A stretch of 64,000 bases of DNA from Podarcis cretensis (Eukaryota): positions 65,844,001 through 65,908,000 of the forward strand of contig OX638159.1 in assembly GCA_951804945.1 (NCBI GenBank), read 5' to 3'. How positions within the stretch are numbered: position 1 is the stretch's first letter; each line of letters begins with the position of its first letter. This document shows, piece by piece, positions 39,350 to 51,406 of the stretch. Under the pieces are notes generated by a model. That model saw nothing but the letters and a program-made list of their open reading frames with translations, was not told the DNA's origin and did no database searches. The translations under genes and the position numbers were made by a program.

Positions 39350-42300
39350 GTAGGGTCCATGAAATGTCCCTTCCCCCATTCTTCCACCTGTGTCTGCCCT
39401 TGTAAACCTTGCCGTGACTTTTGTCTGAAGGTTGCTTTGCTGAAGGTTGCCGTTCTGGGGCAACTGCACAAATGGTGCATGTGCCCCTCTGGTACCAACA
39501 ACTTGCTGAAGTTGACCGTGGTGGGCTTAATTTGTTGACCCCATGGCAGAGGGGTGCAGAACTTATGCACCACCAGATTTTGTTGGGCTCTTTCCTCAGC
39601 CCCAACAGCCAACAGGGCTGGGATTGGGGCGAAGTTGGAGCTCAGTGACATCTTGGGGCACCAAGTTGGCTACCTGTGTTGTGTAGAAGAACCAGGATTA
39701 TTTATGGAAGTGTTGTGTTGACATCACTGTTCCGCTGTGTCTGTAGTTTGTCTTCTGAGGCCCTTCTCTATGTTCCCTTTCCCCAAAAGGTTCGGAGGGT
39801 GACAACACAAGAAAGGGCCTTTTTAGTCGTGGGTCCCCGTTTGTGGAATGCTCTCCCCAGATGCTTTCCCAACCCGTTGTGGGTGTGTGGGAGAGGAGGA
39901 GACCCTTCCATGAACTACTGTGCTGCTCCTGGCCGCCTCCTGATTTCACTCCAGAGAGCACCCAGAAGCCGAGTGTTGTCTGAACAGGCCGGAGCAGAGA
40001 GTGGCAGCAGGTTCCCTCTCTGCGCCATTTTGTTGTTGACATGTGCCACTTGCATGCTGCCCTGGCCAGCGGAAGGCCATTGATGTGCCCCGGATCAAAA
40101 TAGGCTCATGTTTGCAACCTTGTCGTTTTAGATGGATCAGAATTTACACAATGTCACCGGGCTCTTCCGAGAGTGGGCTTAGCATTGCAACTGTGTTGTT
40201 GAGGTATCACAAAAGGGTCCTTAGCAGCAATGATATTTTTCATAGAAAGGGGAAATCTGAGCTTAAAGTGGGGAAATACAGGGTGGTAGTTTTAGGGAAT
40301 TCTGCAAAATAAGAGCATGCAAAAGAAGCACCTAGTCCACAAAGAGCACCTATCTGACACTGGTGCCAGGTTTTCTTAGCAGTTTCTCACGCAGGGCAGA
40401 AACTGTGTTTTGCTACACCGAGTATCAAAACACTTTTGTAATTCTTAAGCAAGTCAGAAGCCTGTTGAGTTGAATTAAAAGATCCTGACGGGTGTAAGAA
40501 ATGTGAGATATTTTCAAAAAGCCGTCAACCCAAGAGCTTTAACAGAACAACCCGGCGAGTTTGTCTTCTGAAAAATGCTGCTTTGAATCATTTAGTGAAT
40601 TGTTATGAAAAGTAAAACTCTCAAGAGCACTGGAGGCTTCTGCGCACAAAGAGAATTGGTGGTGTGTGAACGACAAGCGGCTCCTGATGGCTGCAAGCAG
40701 ACCCCTCGTGCCTTCACGTGCCTCCCTCCGTCTGCTTTCTTGTGGGGCAGAGAAACTGGCAGGATGCGCCGTGGAAAGCTTTTGCGAGATGCTGCACTGG
40801 CGTCTCTCCAGAAGCACCAAGGTTTTCTCTTGATGCGTCTCCTGGGAGCGGGAGATAGGAGTGGCGTACAAACTTGTCTGCTGTGAGCAGGAAGGTTCCT
40901 TGCGCGCCGGTCAAGATTGGTACATTAACTCTTTTTCATTATTCTGGCTTGTGCTTGTGTTGTGTTTCACTGTTCACGGAAGAGAGTTGTATTCAGTAGC
41001 AGCAACAATAAGTTGGGTATCCCCCTTTGCATCTTCTATAACCTTTTTTGGAAACTCTTATAGTTGCAATACTCATCCTCAATTGCACCCATTGCAGAGC
41101 TGTTCAGGATAGCAAACTATCGTCCCAACTGGAATTTGGTTCCAGTGGAAATAGCATGTTTCAATAATGGACCTGGTGGAGTAGGCTCCATTCCTGAAAT
41201 CGTTTGACCCAAACTGGAGCCTGGCAATTCAGTCATGCCCTCACACATGTGTGCGACCCACATGGTCTGAGTCATCAGGCAAATCAAAGGTTTGGAACGT
41301 GGATGCCTTCTTTTGCTTTGGGCAGAGTCTGACTCCCCTGTGTGGCCCTTGGGCCATGGGACACTCTTGAAATGCAAAGGTGCACACTGGTTAAAGGGTG
41401 AATTTTCCACATTTTGGGGTTCTCCTCTGTTGCAAATGAACCTTAACCAGTCCTGGGTCAAATCGGGACTTGAAAGCTGTCAACGTTTGGCTGAAATCTT
41501 AATCCTTTCACACCAGATACGCTTGGAGTTCAGGCAAGCAAGCCAGACTGAATTTGGCTCTGCTGCGTTTGTCAGCAGCTGGTACCGCAGCTGTTGTGTG
41601 TGGAAAGCAAAACGGAGAAGGAGAGCCTTGTGTGTCTTGTAGATTTAAGTACTATGAAGTGAAAGACTGGTCAGAGACACTGTTGCAGGTTCCTGTGCGG
41701 GGCTACTGGTGTGGAAACTTTACATCTAGAGTGCAAAATAACAAATATGTTTCACGTAGTGTAGAAAAGTCTATACATATGTAGTATTATTCTAAAAGTG
41801 TTATGTGGCATATACTTTTGACTTCCCTTTAAAAAAACTGTTTACATTTCCATATGAGATTATAGTCCTTTTTGTGTGTTTACATGCATTAACTCCTGGC
41901 GTAGTAGCTTGAATATTAGCAAAGTCTGCATGTTGTCCTTAATAAACTTTTCAACACTTATATCCAGGTTGATGAATATTCATAGGGCTTTCTGGGTAAA
42001 TTGAAAGTGAATCCATCTGGAATGAGAGTCAGGAGAGAATTATATGTCAATAGCCAGGCTTATTAAAGTGATACAAATGAATTGCGTCTTACCTTCTTGT
42101 TGCTGGCAAAGGAGGACCGTTTTGGAGATCCTTGTACTGTTACGTGGAAGTAGCAATGGGTATTCTCTGAGGAACTGATGGGGATCTTCTGATGTGGATT
42201 GCAGTGAGGGGCCAGATCACATTTTACTAGAAGTTGCAGAAGGGGAGCTGCGAGTGCCTCACTGGATTTGCTTTAGCATGCAGAACAACCCAAGGCAGAG

Positions 42301-43067
42301 GGCGCCTCCTCTAGAAACCCTCCCGTCTTGGCAGACAAGATAAACATACACATACTGGTTCTTTGTTAGTTTTCCTTCTTGTGGTTTTTTTTTGCGGTTT
42401 TATAAAATACAGCCCGTTTAAGTTTCACATTCTTTGCTATGGGGCTGTGGACTGTGCTGCCTGTTTCACGATACCAGACTTCTACTGAGTCAAAAGGTTC
42501 ATGCAACAAAGAGCCTTGTTCTTACGAGCACTCAAATGTGAAATTGCTGATCTCTTAACAGAAACGTGGAACTTGTCCCTAAGACCCCAAGGACTGGAAC
42601 ATGTCCAATGTGACACAAATATGTTTAAAAGGGATTCAGGCGTGGGGGGGGCCCCCTGGAAATTACAGGTCGCTTAGCTTAACATCTGTCCTGGGAAAAC
42701 AGGTGAAAAATATTGTCAAATAAAAATAACCAAGCATATAGAAGAAGAAGCCTTTGCTGAAGCAGAGTCTCACTAACCTATTTAGAGTTCTTTGAGAGTT
42801 TAAGCAGGCATATAGATAGAGGTGTTCTGGCTGACATTGTGTTCTTGGACTTTCAAAAAGCTTTTGGCAAAGTACCTTGCCAGAGACTCTCCAGTATGCT
42901 TAGCAGTCGTGATATAAGCAGAGAGGTCCTCTTGTGGACCAGGAATTGGTTCAGTAACAAGAGGCAGAGTGTAGAAATAAATGAGCAGTTCTGCTGGAGG
43001 GAAGGAAGGAAGGAAGGGAGTCTTCCAGGGACCTGTGCTTTTAAACTTGTTCATAAATGATCTAGAG

Positions 43068-43205
43068 CAGCCTTTCTCAACCTGTGGGTCACCAGATGTT
43101 GTTGAAGTACAACTCCCATCACCCCTAGCTAGCAAGGCCAGAGTTCAGGGATGATGGGAATTTTAGTCCAGCAACATCTGGGGACCCACAGGTTGAGAAC
43201 CGCTG
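43068..43205. mobile_element. Short hAT-type MITE, 8-bp TSD ATCTAGAG
   Basis: CAG..TTCTCAACCTGTGGGTC / GACCCACAGGTTGAGAA..CTG inverted ends; TSD at 43060-43067 and 43206-43213. Confidence 0.85.
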
Positions 43206-43213
43206 ATCTAGAG

Positions 43214-43460
43214 CATGGGTGGGCAACCTAAGGCCTGGGGGCTGGATCCGGCCCAATCGCCTTCTAAATCCGGCCCTCGGACGGTCCAGGAATCAGTGTG
43301 TTTTTACATGAGTAGAATGTGTGCTTTTATTTAAAATGCATCTCTGGGTTATTTGTGGGGCATAGGAATTCGTTTTTTGTTTTCAAATTATAGTCCGGCC
43401 CTCCACAAGGTCTGGGCGACAGTGGACTGGCCCCCTGCTGAAAAAGTTTGCTGACCCCTG
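43214..43460. mobile_element. hAT (Charlie-like) MITE, 8-bp TSD ATCTAGAG
   Basis: CATGGGTGGGCAACC / AGTTTGCTGACCCCTG imperfect TIRs; TSD at 43206-43213 and 43461-43468. Confidence 0.85.
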
Positions 43461-43887
43461 ATCTAGAGTTAGGGTTGTGGCCAAGTTTGCTGCTGATTCT
43501 AAGTCGTTTAGGTTGCTCAAACAAAAAACGGATTCTGAGGAGCCCAAAAAGAACCTCTGCATACTGAGTGAATGGGTCATAAAATGGCAGTTGAGAGGAA
43601 TTGAAAATAAAACTTACCAACATCATACTCCTGTTTTATACATCTGTGGGGTGTCTTCTTTTGGAATGCTTTGTACAGTTCTGGTCACCTTGCCTGAAAA
43701 AACGATGCTGTACAGTTGGAAAAGGCTCAGAAAAGGGCAGCCTTTTAAATGATGATTAAATGATGCCTGACATGGAGACAGTGAATAGAGGAAAGATTTT
43801 CTCCCTCTCTCATAACCCTGGAACTTGTGGGCATCCAGCATAGCTACATCTTGGAGTATTCGGGACAGAGAGAAAGAAAGCGCTTCT

Positions 43888-44017
43888 CCAGCCTTCCCCT
43901 GAGTTGGGGCCATCCAGGTGTTTTCACTACAACTCCCATCAAACCGTCCCCATGGAGCTGCATGGATGGGAGTTGTAGTTCAAAACTTCCAGAGGGCACC
44001 AGGTTGGGGAAGGTTGC
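43888..44017. mobile_element. Short hAT-type MITE, degenerate
   Basis: ACTACAACTCCCATC / GATGGGAGTTGTAGT internal palindrome. Confidence 0.65.
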
Positions 44018-44549
44018 TGCAGAGGTTTTGTCCAGTCAGATACTTTATGAAGCTCCAGGTGCTTCCTGGGCTGTGGATTTCCAGCCAGTGGTCTAACAGG
44101 TCCATTTGCAAGTGGAATGAATCTGTGTTCTGTTTCCATAGGAAAATGCAGCTTGGATGTGTTCCTTCACTGGATGAGCCAGTCGGTGTTGGGGAAAATT
44201 GGACTGTGACCCCATTTTTTAAGGAGTTTGTTTAAGATGTGCTTTTACACAGCAGCAGGGCCAACCCTCCTTCAGTCAACTGTAATGGGAGTTGCTGGTT
44301 ATACTTAGTGACTGTAGTAGTGAATGCACAAATGCCAGAAAGCATCCTGACTTCCCTTTGCAACTCACTGGTCTGAAAATAATAGCACACCAAATCAAAG
44401 AGCCCAAAGAGGCACCCAAGAATGTTTTGCATTTTGACCATTCTGGGAAGGTTGACCTGCTAGCAGGTTGCCCAGGGGGATGAACCTGCTGCTTGATGTG
44501 TTTTTAAATCAGTCCATCACCTTCAGGAGCAAAGGAGACGGCCGTATGT

Positions 44550-44718
44550 ATAGTGAGTCAGAGCAGTGACCCATCATCAGTGTCTGCTTTGATTTGGCCA
44601 GGCCTCTCTGGGATTTCAGGCAGAGAGAGGTCTCACCCAGCCCTGTCTGGAGATGCCAGGCATTGAACCTGGAACCTTCCGCAGGCACAGCGGACGCCCG
44701 ACCACTGAGCTATAGCCC
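44550..44718 (-). mobile_element. tRNA-derived SINE (Squam3-like)
   Basis: - strand GGGCTATAGCTCAGTGG (A box)..GGTTCAATGCC (B box)..GGCATCTCCAG body. Confidence 0.65.
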
Positions 44719-46171
44719 TCCCCCCCCCCCAGCACAGGAGCAGGCAGGTGCACAGGTAAGTTGCAGCTCCTTTTTCAGACATGGTCAGCTTAGGATGCGG
44801 ATGCATTTTTTCTTTCCTTATTCTCTTTGCCTCGTTTTTGAAAAGTGTCCAATAATCTCATAAACGGGGCTCATCTGTCATGGCCCTATGGTTTAGTATG
44901 CTTTTTTGGTGGTGTTTTGGAGACCCATTATGATGTATCAATGGGCATTTTTGTGGTCAGGGGTGCCATCTGGACGACCCGTTTGGAGTGGAGGCAGAAC
45001 GCAGGAGTTGTGGGCACTTTGGGAAACATCAGCGGCTGCTTTTCTGTTTAAATAACGAGCGAGGGCTGTCATTAGGACACAGAAGTCCTTCCCAAGCAGA
45101 AGGGATACTGAATGTTAAGCCAAAGCAAATATGTGAAACAGAATTCTGGGGAATAAATTATGCAGATGAAGTCCAAACCGTTTGTGCACAGGAAGCATTT
45201 GCTTTTGGGAGAAAGAAAGCCCTGCAAACATAGTCTTCTCCCATTTGGAATCATCTGGGAATATCCCTCTTTTGAGCCCCACAGAAATAAACAGGAGATG
45301 CGCAGGGCACAGTTTTTCTATTATTTATCTGTCTAGCAAATGAGGTTAAGTGGACAGGGCACCCCAGGAAATATGTCAAAGCTGGTAATGTCCAGAAAGA
45401 GCAAATTGTCAGAGCTGTTGAGAGGTGCAAAGGTGGCACCTTAATAAGAGCATCAGGAGATGAGACCACGGGGGCCCCATCTAGTCTGAGAAGCCCAAGA
45501 GGATCCTCCAGCAGCTGGGGTTCAGAGGCGCCTGGATGGCACTAAAGGGCTTGGGAGATGTTGTGCAGTCCCCCAGCAACAAAAATGTTCCAGGAGCTGC
45601 ATATTGAAGGGGTTAAATTTAAATCAGTGCTAAAATGCCAGCAGTAACCCTGGGTTTCCAAATGCACGAAGGGGTGAAGCTCCTGCAGTTACCATCTGTT
45701 GGCTGGGAGACCCATTGGCAGAAATGAAATCAAGAGAGCAGGCTCGAGAGCTTGACCCGCCTAATCCTTCTGCTGCAAACACTGGCTGGCTGCTGCCTTT
45801 GGGGCTAACGGGTTTCCGTTGCTTGGCTTCGCCCCATCCTTCAGCCTTGCCTTCTTCTCAGGTGGGGCTTCACAGCCGTTTCTTCAAACAGAGCTTATCC
45901 TCGCCCTGGGCTTTTGAGAGCTATCTCGTCTCAGCAGCTTTAATTGGAGGGTCCTGCTTTTTGTGGCGGGTGCAGTGGAGAGATTTTAAGCGTGTGTCCA
46001 AAGTAGCATTGTTGTGTCAGTTCTGGTTCAGTGCAGTGGGAAGCTCCCTTCTTGCAATGAGGGGCAGTTTGTAAGGACCAACAGCAGAGGGTATCTTCTC
46101 TGCAGCAAATACAGCCTTGCTGCTGTGGGCTGACTATGGATGTGTTTGGAGGGGCGATGGGTCAGTTTACA

Positions 46172-46313
46172 GCAGGGGTGCCCCTCCCGGCCCTCCAGAC
46201 CACATTGGACTCCCAACTCCCACCATCCCTGCTCATTGGCCATGCTGGATACTGGAGCTGGTAAGAGCTGGAAGTCCAACAACATCTGGAGGACCACAGG
46301 TGTTCCCCATCTG
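46172..46313. mobile_element. Short hAT-type MITE, degenerate
   Basis: GGACTCCCAACTCCCA / GAAGTCCAACAACATCTGGAGG, same family as 43068. Confidence 0.55.
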
Positions 46314-47159
46314 TGGCTTAAAGGGAAGTGTGGTGCACATGATAGGAGGCGGCAGGTGTTGCTTTTTGCTCTTCAGGAGGATTGCAAAATGTTTACATTG
46401 ATTGCATATATGACATTCCTCATAGAACGAATTGTCTTAACAGTTGTGCGAAGGTTAGAACAATAAAACCCCATACTGGGATTAAAAATCACAACGAAAG
46501 GAATCTCTGGAACAGGAATAACAATAACTTCTGGCTTATAGGGCAGTATATAAATTCAATTGTTATTATTACAATAATTATTCTAACTTTGTCAGTACCA
46601 CCAGCTTGCGCATCCAAGACTTTCTCCCAGGAAAAGAGCTGAGAATATCCTGAGGTCACCCTCTCTCAGTCAAGGAATCACCGAGACACAGTTTTGGGCC
46701 ATGTTCTCCTGCTCATTTGCCCTCTTATCTATTCCTTTTGTGAATTGCTTCTCATTACATATCTTGAATCGATTTCACAGTAAAATCGTCAACAATAAAA
46801 ACAATTGTATATATGCAAACTATCCTGTACATGCAGTTTAAAACAGCTGCATATACAAAAACAATTTCTAATAGAGACACAGACTGGGACAAGCTGACTT
46901 ATATTCACTGGAAAGGTTCTTTGTGTGCGTTTTCAGCGAGAGGCAGCCTACCAGGGAGGAGGCGCAGGAGATGTTCCTGTTGTCATTCAAGCTAAGATAC
47001 AGAGCTAGCCGTGTTAGTGGACCTAAGAGACAAGGTGGTGAAACAAGAGGAACAAGCTGAGATGCCCTTCAGCACCATGGTCAGCAGCACCAGCTGTTGC
47101 CTGATTCGGCATGGGGATGTGCCAAAGGGCAACCTGCCCTCCCCTGCTTGTGTCTTGTG

Positions 47160-47440
47160 CCTCGGTCCTGTATACGTGAAGGAGCGTCTCCACTCCATCG
47201 TTCAGCCTAGACACTGAGGTCCAGCTCCCAGGGCCTTCTCGGTGGTGGTGCCCGCCCATCAGATGTCAAGGAAATAAGCAACTGTCTTACTGTCTTACTG
47301 AAGGCAGCCCTGTTTAGGGAAGTTTTTAATGTTTGAAGCTTATTGTGTTTTTAATATTCTGTTGGGAGCCACCCAGAGTGGCTGGGGAAACCCAGCCAGA
47401 TGGGCGGGGTATAATTAATACATAATTATTATAAATTATT
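47160..47440 (+). mobile_element. L2-clade LINE 3' fragment
   Basis: GGGCCTTCTCGGTGGTGG..CCCAGAGTGGCTGGGGAAACCCAGCCAGATGGGCGGGGTATAA plus AT-rich tail. Confidence 0.75.
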
Positions 47441-48103
47441 GTTGTGTATTTTTTATTGTGGGAATGCATTGCGAAAGAGAGGCTATTTTGTCATTTAAAG
47501 AGGGCCCATTTGTGCAGGAAATGAGCTTGCAGTTGTTAGGCAGAGTCTGCTTGACACGTTTGTGCAGCTTTCTTAACCCTTTTCCACGCTGAGGTCTCTG
47601 CTCTGATGCAGCCCAGGATTTTATCACCTCTCTGGTAAGAGGTGCATATCCCACTTAATATCTGCCGCTAAACATTTGATGGGCCATAATCCTTAACATG
47701 GTGCTTTGTTCAGGGCTGGAGGAAGGTGATTGGTGGTTTGAGGAATTTGGTCTAGTTCCCTTGTTATGGCAGGGTGTGTGGATGTGGTCTGCCTCCAGAG
47801 ACCAATGGATCCAAAATGGTTCTGGAAACTTTATTGTAGACAAGGCCAGTCTCTGAAATCAGAAGTTGGTCTGGGTTGTTGACACAATTTCTTTCTATCT
47901 AGACACTTGAGGGGAGCCTCTTCTGCTCTGTGGTTTATGCTGAGCTGCGGCTGAGAAGATGGTTGAGCTGTGAGCTCAAGCCCCTCTTGTCTAGCATCTG
48001 ATGGATGTTACCCACCCCGCCTTGCCTCTCCCAGAGCGTTGGTCTTCCTCTCCCTGTACAGCCAGTCACTAATGCATTTGTACCCTTCTCCAGAGCAGCA
48101 GCC

Positions 48104-48152
<49 letters not shown>

Positions 48153-48160
48153 CGCGCGCG
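48104..48160. repeat. Compound (GT)n(GA)n(GC)n microsatellite
   Basis: Direct read. Confidence 0.95.
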
Positions 48161-48684
48161 CTCTGGTGTGCATTTGATGGGCCGTTTTCTGCTAGAGGCT
48201 CAGCTGCATCTTCTGTGGTTTATCCACCCACATGCTTAGGGAAGAATTGCTTACCATACAGTTTATCTGGAGTTCAGAGCTTTACTCTTCAGGAAGTTGG
48301 AATGAAGTAGAGAGATAACTAGGATTTTTTAAATATAGAATTATGTATACCTCATAGACATCAAAGCACTTGGCCTACATTGCTGAACTCTTTCTTTATC
48401 AGTTTTAATAATTCCTCACTGATTCAGCCCCAAATTATGTCTTAGCAGTGAATTAAAACTCCAGGCTCCCACAGTGCAGAATATTTAAACTCCTAACTGG
48501 AAGTGGAACCCCAGGGAAAGGCTGTCGCTTTGCCTGCAGAAGCTCCCAGCTTCCTTCTCCAGCTTCATCAGTATAAAGCTTTCTTGGAGAGCTGCTGCAG
48601 CAGCTCAGAGTGGACCTCTTCCAACCCCATCCTCTGTGGATTGTAAATTCCTTGGTGCCTAGATGGGAGCCGTATCCTGCCTGC

Positions 48685-49364
48685 ATGAGGAATGCATCCA
48701 GAGAGCTTCTGTGTGGCGGCAGCTTGTTCTGAGGAGGCGCTGCTATTAGAAAGCAGCTTCCCTGGTGGGGTTGACACAACTGCTTGGAGAGCCTCCCTGC
48801 TGGTGCTCTGCATTCCTGGCAGGAGGCTCCTAGAGTCTCCCACGGGTTGTGGCTGTCAGGCCTTTGAACCTGGCATTGGACCATCGGGAGGTTCCCCAGG
48901 TTGGATCTGGAGGTGATCTCTTTTTCTTCCTTCCGCTCTCTGGTCTGGGAGTGAGCTTCTTCAGGAGCCAGAAGTCAGGAGCCAAGAGTCCAAGGGTCAG
49001 AGAGCTGGGAGTCAAGAAGCCAAGGGTCCGAGGGTCAGGAAGCAAGGAGTCACGAAGTCAGGGGTTCAAGGCTCAAGAAGCAAGAAGTCAAGGGTCCGAG
49101 AATCAAGAAGCAAGGAGTCAAGAAGCCGAGGTTCAAGGATCAGGAAGCAAGAAGTCAAATGAAGCAGGGCAGGAAACGTGTTGCTGCGGCAAAAAGCCGA
49201 AGGGAAATTCGGACCTTCCCAGCTCTTGCCACCAGGTGCTGTGAGTTACCAATAAACCTCACCTGTGCAGCCGCACCTTGCCTCTTCAGAACAAACTTCG
49301 GAAGGCCCCAGTCCTGCAGAGCCCTACTGGTCACAGGGCCCGGCTCCTGCACGCACTCCTGACA
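48685..49364 (+). mobile_element. Putative LTR-like element with degenerate internal tandem repeats (48962-49156)
   Basis: Ends TCCTGACA, AATAAA ~110 nt upstream, short CAAGAAG/CAGGAG-type repeat array; left end and TSD not resolved. Confidence 0.35.
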
Positions 49365-50433
49365 TGAGCTGCCACACACTCACCTGAGAGAACCAGGGCT
49401 TATTTTGGCTTCTCCAGACCCTTCCCTTTCCCATCATTCGCCCTCCGCTGAAGCATTTTGGTCATTTATTTCCATCGAATTCTTCTGTGGCCTTTTGAAA
49501 ATAGCCACACAATCTCTTCATCTCTCTCTCACTCAGAAGGCATATCAGGAAAAAAAAGATGTGTTGATGACAGGTACATGCTCAGAAACAAGGAAGTATA
49601 ATTGAAACAGCAGGCCAATGTAAACCAAAATAACAGCAGTTACTATGCTGTGACTAATTAATTAATTAAAATGCCTTTTTCCAAACACAACGTACCATAA
49701 AAATGGCTAAAAATAGGTTTAAAAACAAACTCACGGTGGGTTTAAAAACAATACAGAATAAGCACTGAAAGCAGAGACCTCTTCATCCAACTGGAAAAGC
49801 CTTCCCAAACAAAAATGTATTTAATTGTTAATGAAAGTACAGATAGTTGGCCCCTATCGTATCTCGGCAAGGATTCTGTTCCACAAAACAGGGGCTGCCA
49901 CATGGAAAGCCCTGCTCTGTGTTACTGCTTTTGTTTTATGGACTTTAAGGTGAAACTCTCCCACAGAAAGCAGTGACCTGCTGATTGTAGCAGATCTAAA
50001 GGCTGCCAGTGAACTTATCCCCAGTGAATTTCTCTAAAACTTTAAAGCCATCTAAGCTAGTTGCCATAATCACATATTCCGGCAGCGAGTTCTGTAAGTT
50101 AATTAAAAATGTGAAGCGGAATTTTCTCTTGTGTCCTGAATCTGCTATTAGTCAGTTTCACTAGGTGATCAAAAGAGAGAGGGGAAAATCTGGTGGGAAG
50201 CAAAACCTTTGCTTCCCATATACTGTGTGTAATCTCTGCACTAAGCTCCCCCTTCCACACTTCATACACACAACTTCCGTCTGTCTAAAAATCTCCAAAA
50301 GTCAGCATTTCCTCTTCTTGGAGGTGCTGCAGTTCCCTGATCATTTTGAACCATGTTTTCTGTCCCTTTTGCAACTCTTGTGATGCTCTTTTTTGAGATG
50401 AGGCAACCAGAAGTGTCTGTAATATTCCAGATT

Positions 50434-50981
50434 CAGGTAGGTAGCCGTGTTGTTCTGGTAGAAATATATATAAAAAATAAATTGTCCAGTAGCACCTTAG
50501 AGACCAACTAAGTTTGTTCTTGGTATGAGCATTAGGTATCTGAAGAAGTGTGCATGCTCACAAATACTCATACCAAGAACAAACTTAGTTGGTCTCTAAG
50601 GTGTTACTAGGGGACGCGGGTGGCGCTGTGGGTAAAACCTCAGTGCCTAGGACTTGCCGATCGCATGGTCGGCGGTTTGAATCCCCGCGGCGGGGTGCGC
50701 TCCCATCGTTCAGTCCCAGCGCCTGCCAACCTAGCAGTTCGAAAGCACCCCCGGGTGCAAGTAGATAAATAGGGACCGCTTACCAGCGGGAAGGTAAACG
50801 GCATTTCCGTGTGCGGCTCTGGCTCGCCAGAGCAGCGATGTCACGCTGGCCACGTGACCCGGAAGTGTCTGCGGACAGCGCTGGCTCCCGGCCTATAGAG
50901 TGAGATGAGCGCACAACCCTAGAGTCTGGCAAGACTGACCCGTACGGGCAGGGGTACCTTTACCTTTAAGGTGTTACTGGA
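50434..50981. mobile_element. Penelope-like inverted-repeat remnant (interrupted by a Sauria SINE)
   Basis: GTAGCCGTGTT and AGCACCTTAGAGACCAAC motifs typical of reptile Penelope ends (from memory); arms 50485-50529 and 50567-50608(+50979-50981) are reverse complements. Confidence 0.65.
50609..50966 (+). mobile_element. Full-length Sauria SINE with 12-bp TSD
   Basis: GGGACGCGGGTGGCGCTGTGGG tRNA-like head, (ACCTTT)n tail, CpGs retained; TAAGGTGTTACT duplicated at 50597-50608 and 50967-50978. Confidence 0.93.
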
Positions 50982-51406
50982 TAATATTTTTATTTTTATT
51001 TTTATATATTTGTAATATTCGGGATGTGGTTGCACCATAGATTTCAATAGCAGCAGCACAGTACTTGAAACTTTATTTCCTAATACTCTGTAGCATGAAA
51101 TTTGTCTTCTCGCAGCTGCTGCTGCGGCCGCACACATATTTCCATTGGTTTCTCAACTGCAACCCCAACATCTCTCTCCTGGTCAGTTGTCACCAGCTCA
51201 GACTCCTTCAGTATATATGGGATGTACTCCCCACTTCCTCCTTCCGCCCCCATCACTTCATGCTTATTCAGATTGAACCTCGTTTGCCATTTTATTGCCC
51301 ATTCATCCAGCTGAGAGGGATCCTCTGACTTCCGTTTTGTGTCTTACGGGGACTAAGGCTTTGTTCTGCAATGGTGCTACAACCCATCCACCTATTCCCA
51401 TTTTGA

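Larger units (their letters stand above)
42515..43830 (+). mobile_element. Decayed CR1 reverse-transcriptase region interrupted by two MITEs
   Basis: Remnants PKDWNMSNVT..GNYRSLSLTSVLGK, FLDFQKAFGKVP, LFINDLE..VAKFAAD, with frameshifts. Confidence 0.8.

Noticed and set aside
44640-44718. tRNA gene (also the head of the SINE at 50611)
   Set aside because: A/B boxes continue into SINE bodies; no convincing cloverleaf.
14532-50966. Oppositely oriented Sauria SINEs as drivers of back-splicing around the giant exon
   Set aside because: The copies are clearly diverged and 36 kb apart; pairing is not supported by eye.
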